Positions 35,063 through 39,711 of a DNA stretch of 39,711 nt are shown here, piece by piece. The position numbers and the translations under genes were made by a program. Below the pieces are notes generated by a model that saw only the letters and a program-made list of their open reading frames with translations, made no database searches and had not been told where the DNA came from. Origin of the DNA: Elusimicrobiota bacterium (lineage in GTDB: Bacteria; Elusimicrobiota; Elusimicrobia; UBA1565; JACRDR01); assembly GCA_041694815.1 (NCBI GenBank), contig JBGFSC010000041.1:1-39711 (forward strand), in the 5' to 3' direction. The first letter of the stretch is position 1. Each line of letters opens with the position of its first letter.

Positions 35063-35770
35063 TCAACTGTAGCGCTCCGAGAGCGCCTGCAGCTCGGTCG
35101 GATGGATGATCAGCAAATCCTTCCCCTGCTTTTTGATAAGCCCTCGCTTGACGAAGTCCTTAAGCAGGCGCACCGTCGTCTCGATGGTCAGTCCCGACAT
35201 CTCGGCTAGCTCCTTGCGCTTGACGCCCGTGACGGAGGGCTTGCCGTTCTTGTTGGGGCGGCCGTGGTCGATGAGCGTCAGGGCGAGGCGTGAGCGGGCA
35301 GGCTTGAAGGCGATGTCGCGGGCCTTGTCTTCCCCCCGCCGGACATCGATGGCCAGCGCCCGCAGCAAGGCCAGGGAAGCCTTCGGGTGCTTGAGCAGGA
35401 AGTCCTTGAACACCGACTCGTCCACGCGGGAGATGACCGATTCGTCCATGGCCTCGGCGGTGCTGGCGTAGTCGTCGCCGGCAAGCATCGCGCGATGGCC
35501 CACCAGGTCGCCGGGGCTCTCTACCCGCGTCGTCAATTGCTGGCCGGTGCGGCTCGACTTGTAAATCTTGACCTTCCCCGTGCAGACCACGTAGAAGCCG
35601 TTGGGCTTCTCGCCTTCGTGGAACACGACCTCTCCCGCGCGGAATCGGTTCGCCGTGCGCATTTCCTTCCAATATTGGCGGGAGGATTTCTCATCGAGCA
35701 GGTCAAAAAAGCAGTTCTTGCGGTAGCTGCACCAGTCGCAGTTCGGCGCTTCTTTTTTATCGAAAGGCAT
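35063..35770 (-). CDS. Crp/Fnr-family transcriptional regulator with N-terminal Cys cluster
   Basis: CDWC..KNC; cNMP fold (VFHEGE, GKVKIYK, PGDLVG); HTH RKELAEMSGLTIETTVRLL; start 35770 or TTG 35776. Confidence 0.92.
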   Translation of the reverse strand: MPFDKKEAPNCDWCSYRKNCFFDLLDEKSSRQYWKEMRTANRFRAGEVVFHEGEKPNGFYVVCTGKVKIYKSSRTGQQLTTRVESPGDLVGHRAMLAGDDYASTAEAMDESVISRVDESVFKDFLLKHPKASLALLRALAIDVRRGEDKARDIAFKPARSRLALTLIDHGRPNKNGKPSVTGVKRKELAEMSGLTIETTVRLLKDFVKRGLIKKQGKDLLIIHPTELQALSERYS

Positions 35771-35798
35771 CTTCAATCGGCTCGGAGCGCGTTCCCGC

Positions 35799-37049
35799 TT
35801 ACCGGGATACGCGCAGCTGCGCTTCGTAGGGATCCAGGAGCTTGCGGAATTCGGGCAAATCCCTCAAAGGCGTCAGTTCGGCGTCAGTTTTCGAAAGCAG
35901 CAAAAAGATCTTGAGATCCGGCATCGCGCGGACGTTCTTGAGCGCCGCATCGAGCGACTTTAAGGCCTCAGGATAGCGGCCGGCCGCTGACTGGGTCAGA
36001 GCAAGACGGTAAAGGACGCCCGCATCATGGGGCATCACGCTATTTGATCGCTCGAGGGCGTCGATGGCCGCCTCGACCTGCCCCAGATGGTGGTGGCAAA
36101 CTCCCATATTCTCCCAGATGAGGGCTATCTGCGCTGAATCCAAAAGGCCCTTGCCGCGGTCGGCCTCGAGAACCTTTTGATACGCCTCCAGGGCTTGCCG
36201 GTGCTGGTTGAACTTAAAAAGCTGGTCCGCGGTCCGGAGTCGCTCTTCCACCACGGTATCAAGCTTCATGGCGTCGAGGAATCGGCGACGGTTCGACGCC
36301 GAGGCATGCGGCGCCGCGCTCAAGGCGTCGCGCAGGGGCCCCTCCTCGAGGCGCCGCCGCACCTCGGCCTCGGCGCGCGTTCCCGCCTCCACGTCGTCGT
36401 AGAGATCGAGCATTTCCCTGTTCTGCGGCGAGCGCAGGAGCTCGGAGAAGCGGGGGTCGACGCGTATCAACTTGGCGATCTTCGGGTACTGCCCGATGCG
36501 CCGCGCCCGCTCTAAGGCCTGCCGCAGGTTCTGGGAGGATTTGCCCAAGTCCCGCATCTCATGGCGGAGGGCGGCGGCGTACACGTAGGGCATGGGGTTA
36601 TGGGGAGCCACGGCCGCGCCGCGTTTGAGCGCGCCGGCCGCCTCCTCGGGCCGCCCGAGCAGGCGGTAGCACTCGGCCATGCGGTGGTATAGCGCGAAGG
36701 GCTGGCCGAGGCTGCCCAGCTTCGGATCCAGGGCCAACGCGGTCTCGTAGGCTTCCAAGGCCTGGCGCAGGTCGGAAGGCTTCGCCGTCCCGGAAGGAAG
36801 CTTCTCGCGTCCGGCCCTTTCGAAATAGGCGTTCCCCAGTCCGTAAAAGGCTTGGGCCGAGCTGGGGTTGGCCTGGGTGGCTCCTTGGAAAGCCCATACG
36901 GCTTCGGAATATTTCCCCTCCTTAAGGGTGCGCGCGGCCGTATCGATAAGGGAAGCGAAGTCCTTTTTGGGAGGCCGGGTTTTGGCGGCCTCGAGGATCC
37001 CAGGGAGTAAAAACGGCAGGGCGAATAGGAGTTTCCCCATTAATTTCAT
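35799..37049 (-). CDS. Secreted TPR-repeat protein
   Basis: Start MKLMGKLLFALPFLL with signal peptide; TPRs (AFYGLGNAY, WENMGVCH, LYRLA); upstream ORF extension overlaps the tRNA and is spurious. Confidence 0.82.
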   Translation of the reverse strand: MKLMGKLLFALPFLLPGILEAAKTRPPKKDFASLIDTAARTLKEGKYSEAVWAFQGATQANPSSAQAFYGLGNAYFERAGREKLPSGTAKPSDLRQALEAYETALALDPKLGSLGQPFALYHRMAECYRLLGRPEEAAGALKRGAAVAPHNPMPYVYAAALRHEMRDLGKSSQNLRQALERARRIGQYPKIAKLIRVDPRFSELLRSPQNREMLDLYDDVEAGTRAEAEVRRRLEEGPLRDALSAAPHASASNRRRFLDAMKLDTVVEERLRTADQLFKFNQHRQALEAYQKVLEADRGKGLLDSAQIALIWENMGVCHHHLGQVEAAIDALERSNSVMPHDAGVLYRLALTQSAAGRYPEALKSLDAALKNVRAMPDLKIFLLLSKTDAELTPLRDLPEFRKLLDPYEAQLRVSR

Positions 37050-37086
37050 CTTAACATAGTGTAGTACGCCTTTATGGCGCTGACGA

Positions 37087-37124
37087 GGGACCTTGGGCCC
37101 ACGATGGCTTGGGCCTAAGGGCCT
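37087..37124. promoter_or_regulatory. Tandem 14-bp operator boxes
   Basis: GGGACCTTGGGCCC (37087-37100) and GGGCCTAAGGGCCT (37111-37124). Confidence 0.62.
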
Positions 37125-37162
37125 ATCCGGGGCCGGGTCCAACGTGCTAAAATGCCCTCTGC

Positions 37163-37239
37163 GGTGGCCGTAGCTCAACTGGCAGAGCGTCTGGCTGTGG
37201 CCCAGAAGGTTGCGGGTTCGAGCCCCGTCGGTCACCCCA
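37163..37239 (+). tRNA. tRNA-His(GTG)
   Basis: G-1, acceptor GTGGCCG/CGGTCAC, anticodon arm TCTGG-CTGTGGC-CCAGA, T loop GGTTCGAGCC, C discriminator, encoded CCA. Confidence 0.96.
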
Positions 37240-37276
37240 ATTTTGCGAAGCAGGTTTTTCCGCCCGACCCGCCCCC

Positions 37277-37305
37277 TTGACGCAGTGAATCACTAGTGAT
37301 ACACT
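37277..37305 (+). promoter_or_regulatory. Leaderless sigma70 promoter overlapped by a palindromic TA operator
   Basis: TTGACG-17 nt-TACACT, 6 nt to the ATG; AGTGaATCACTAGTGATaCACT at 37284-37305. Confidence 0.78.
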
Positions 37306-37311
37306 AATCTC

Positions 37312-37539
37312 ATGGCGACAAAGAACCCCCGTCTTATCGTGACCTTGGAGCCTGCGCTCTACGCGAAGGTCAAGTCCGTCTCGAAAGCCAACGGAGTGAC
37401 CTTGTCCATGGCGGCGCGTGACTTGATCCGCGAGGCCTGCGAGGATATCGAGGACCTTGGCCTCTCGGTGCTGGCCGACAGGCGAATGAAGTCGGTCAAG
37501 GAGCGCCGCTGGCTGACGCACGACGAGGTATGGAAGTAG
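37312..37539 (+). CDS. Ribbon-helix-helix antitoxin
   Basis: PRLIVTLE, LSMAARDLIREACEDIED, LTHDEVW; upstream of RelE. Confidence 0.8.
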   Translation: MATKNPRLIVTLEPALYAKVKSVSKANGVTLSMAARDLIREACEDIEDLGLSVLADRRMKSVKERRWLTHDEVWK

Positions 37540-37542
37540 TTC

Positions 37543-37836
37543 GTGTTCCAGGTCGCGTACCATCCTGAGGTTCCGCTCGAGGATCTTCCCGCGCTCAATC
37601 GCGACGTAAAGACGCGCGTTCGAAAGGCGATCGAAGCGCGTCTGACGCGCGCTCCGCAGGATTATGGCAAGCCGTTGATGGGAAGCCTGCGGGGCTATTG
37701 GAGCCTGAGGGTGGGTGATTACCGGGTTCTCTATCGCGTCGAGTCTACTTCAGTTAAGATTATTCAGATCGTTCATCGGCGCGACGTCTATCAAGAGGGT
37801 ATCCTGGAAGCCCGACGCCGCGGTTGGTTGAGATAA
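37543..37836 (+). CDS. RelE-family toxin
   Basis: PQDYGKPL.GSLRGYWSLRVGDYRVLY, I.HRRDVY. Confidence 0.9.
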   Translation: MFQVAYHPEVPLEDLPALNRDVKTRVRKAIEARLTRAPQDYGKPLMGSLRGYWSLRVGDYRVLYRVESTSVKIIQIVHRRDVYQEGILEARRRGWLR

Positions 37837-37879
37837 GGATTTGCCTAAAGCGCGGTATACTGTATTTGGGAGGTGTTTT

Positions 37880-38272
37880 ATGAAACCCAAATTCCAGTAT
37901 TCCGACCCCAAGAAAGGCCATGAATATTTCCTGGCGAAGATGGCCTTCACCACCGGCCCCGCCGAACTCAATCGCTGGATGCAGGAGAAGGAGCTGCTGA
38001 ACATTGTCGACGTCCGGCGTCCCGATGATTACGAGAAGGGCCATATCCCCGGTGCGATTAACCTGCCGCGTGAGAAATGGGATCACCCCGAAGGCCTGCG
38101 CAACGATACCGTCAACGTCGTCTACTGCTACACCCAGCAATGCCATTTGGCGCCGGAGGCCTGCCTACGCTTCACCGAAAAGGGTTATCCTTGTATGGAG
38201 CTCGAGGGCGGCATTGAGGCCTGGCAAAAATACAAGCTGCCCGTGCAGTCCTTGATCCACGCCTGGCGTTGA
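37880..38272 (+). CDS. Rhodanese-like domain protein
   Basis: IVDVR...DYEKGHIPGAINLP, VVYCY, ELEGGIEAW; GGAGGT RBS before ATG 37880. Confidence 0.88.
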   Translation: MKPKFQYSDPKKGHEYFLAKMAFTTGPAELNRWMQEKELLNIVDVRRPDDYEKGHIPGAINLPREKWDHPEGLRNDTVNVVYCYTQQCHLAPEACLRFTEKGYPCMELEGGIEAWQKYKLPVQSLIHAWR

Positions 38273-38964
38273 TGCGCCCCAAGCAGGCCGTGCTTTCCTG
38301 GAGCAGCGGCAAGGACAGCGCTTTCGCCCTGCACGAAATCCTCCAAAAGGGCGAATACCAGGTCGTTTCGTTGGTCACGACGCTCAACGAGGTGGCTTCC
38401 CGCGTTGCCATGCACGGCGTGCGGGAAGAATTGCTCGATCTCCAGGCCGAGCGGTTGGGCATGCCCTTGGAGAAGGTACGGCTGCCGAGCCCCTGCTCCA
38501 ACGCCGTTTACGAGGAAAGGATGCTTGCCTCCCTTTCGGCCTGGAAAAGCCGCGGGGTCGGGCATGTGATTTTCGGCGACCTGTACCTGGAGGACATCCG
38601 CGCCTACCGACGGGCCCAGCTCGCCAAGGCGGGACTTGAAGGCGTGTTTCCTTTATGGCGCCGAGACACGGCGGCGCTGGCGCGCTCGATGTGCGAGCGG
38701 GGTTTTCAGGCGATCTTGAGCTGCGTCGATCTTAAGAAGCTTCCCGCGAGCTTCGCGGGCAGAGCCTTCGATGCCGCGCTGCTCGACTCGCTGCCTCCGG
38801 GGATCGATCCCTGCGGGGAAAACGGCGAATTCCATTCCTTCGTCCACGCCGGGCCCATTTTTAGCGAACCGATCGCCATCTCGGTGGGCGAGACGCTCGA
38901 GCGCGACGGGTTCGCCTTTGCCGATCTCATGGCGGCCGGACACCTGAAACAATCAAGATATTGA
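38272..38964 (+). CDS. PP-loop ATPase, Dph6/MJ0570-like adenine nucleotide alpha hydrolase
   Basis: SWSSGKDS, MHGVR, FGDLYLEDIRAYR, FPLW, DPCGENGEFHSFV. Confidence 0.88.
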   Translation: MRPKQAVLSWSSGKDSAFALHEILQKGEYQVVSLVTTLNEVASRVAMHGVREELLDLQAERLGMPLEKVRLPSPCSNAVYEERMLASLSAWKSRGVGHVIFGDLYLEDIRAYRRAQLAKAGLEGVFPLWRRDTAALARSMCERGFQAILSCVDLKKLPASFAGRAFDAALLDSLPPGIDPCGENGEFHSFVHAGPIFSEPIAISVGETLERDGFAFADLMAAGHLKQSRY

Positions 38965-38995
38965 TTTTTAACACGCTTCCTTTATACTTCTGGGC

Positions 38996-39711
38996 GTGCG
39001 AACTCCGCGCGTCCGCCTTCTTTTACTGGTATTGACGGCGTTTTTCGCCCACCCCTCACGGGCCGCGGTCAGCGAGGCCGAGGTCCAGGCCCGCCTGATG
39101 GAGGATTGCAGCACTCTTCTGGAGCATCTTCTCGGGCCCGGAAGGGCCAAGGCGATCGTTCGGGTGCAGGGCGAGCAGTCGGAAATCAAGACGCAGAGCG
39201 AGTTCGTCACCCCCTATAAGAGCTCCGCTCCCGCCGCGGGCGCCCTGCCCGGCTTCGGCGTTTCCTACGGCGGCAGCGTTTCCCCCGTCTTGGAGAAGAC
39301 CTACGACCTGCTCCAGCGAGACCAGGAGCAGTCCGTGAGGGTCGGCCCGTTCACGATCAAGAAGATCGAGGCCTTCATCTTCGTCGATGAGCGCCTGCCG
39401 AAGAATCAAGTACAGACGGTGCAGACCATCCTTTCGGACCTGCTGCGCATCGACCTTTCCCGAGGAGATCGCCTGGTAGTGGCCTCGGTCAAGATGTTCC
39501 CCCTCTGGAAGACGGCCCTGTTCTCGATCGAGGGCATCCGCTCGGCCTTCATCCTGGCGGGCGCGGCCTTGCTCGTGCTGCTCGCCTGCTTTCTCCTGTA
39601 TCTCATTTTTCTGAGGCTCGGCGGCCTGTTCTTCGCGGCGATCGCCCAGCGCCGCGCCGCGGGGCCCGAGATCGTGCCGGCCGCCCGTCCCGGGGCGCCG
39701 GCGGCGGCGCC
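38996..39711 (+). CDS. Partial CDS: signal peptide, FliF C-terminal (RBM3)-like domain, TM helix; runs off the window
   Basis: Hand-translated open frame from GTG 38996: MRTPRVRLLLLVLTAFFAHPSRA..LLEHLLGPGRAKAIVRV..IKKIEAFIFVD..IDLSRGDRLVV..TM; TATACT 7 nt upstream. Confidence 0.7.
   Translation, partial: MRTPRVRLLLLVLTAFFAHPSRAAVSEAEVQARLMEDCSTLLEHLLGPGRAKAIVRVQGEQSEIKTQSEFVTPYKSSAPAAGALPGFGVSYGGSVSPVLEKTYDLLQRDQEQSVRVGPFTIKKIEAFIFVDERLPKNQVQTVQTILSDLLRIDLSRGDRLVVASVKMFPLWKTALFSIEGIRSAFILAGAALLVLLACFLLYLIFLRLGGLFFAAIAQRRAAGPEIVPAARPGAPAAA

Noticed and set aside
37050..37235. N-terminal extension of the TPR ORF
   Set aside because: Overlaps tRNA-His and the promoter; signal peptide and -10 element support a start at 37049.
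37163..39711. Prophage or integrative element at tRNA-His
   Set aside because: No integrase, att duplication or phage genes within the window.

Overview
High-GC bacterial chromosomal window; gene content suggests Elusimicrobiota-like, but this is inference only. In order: a 99-bp tandem array of a double-hairpin repeat; a rubrerythrin/Fe-S oxidoreductase/DUF3501 operon; four secreted proteins (three WD40-like, one FGE-sulfatase) sharing an unrecognised C-terminal tail; and a minus-strand lipid operon (fabI, 2615-aa type I PKS/FAS, PPTase, carboxyltransferase). The megasynthase has two intact KS domains, two ACPs with Thr in place of the phosphopantetheine Ser, and in-frame DNA palindromes in its linkers. 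Then come a PorV-like barrel, two RelE-type TA pairs, suhB/hemD, a def-fmt-PASTA-rpe-rpsP-khpA-trmD-rplS-rnhB-yraN operon, split transketolase, nucleoside salvage genes, a Crp/Fnr regulator with FNR boxes before a Cys-repeat peptide, tRNA-His, and a truncated FliF-RBM3-like gene. The non-coding DNA shows many apparently leaderless promoters, a four-copy tandem operator, several REP/MITE-like families, and small ORFs bridging repeats inside operons. All calls are by eye; no searches were run.
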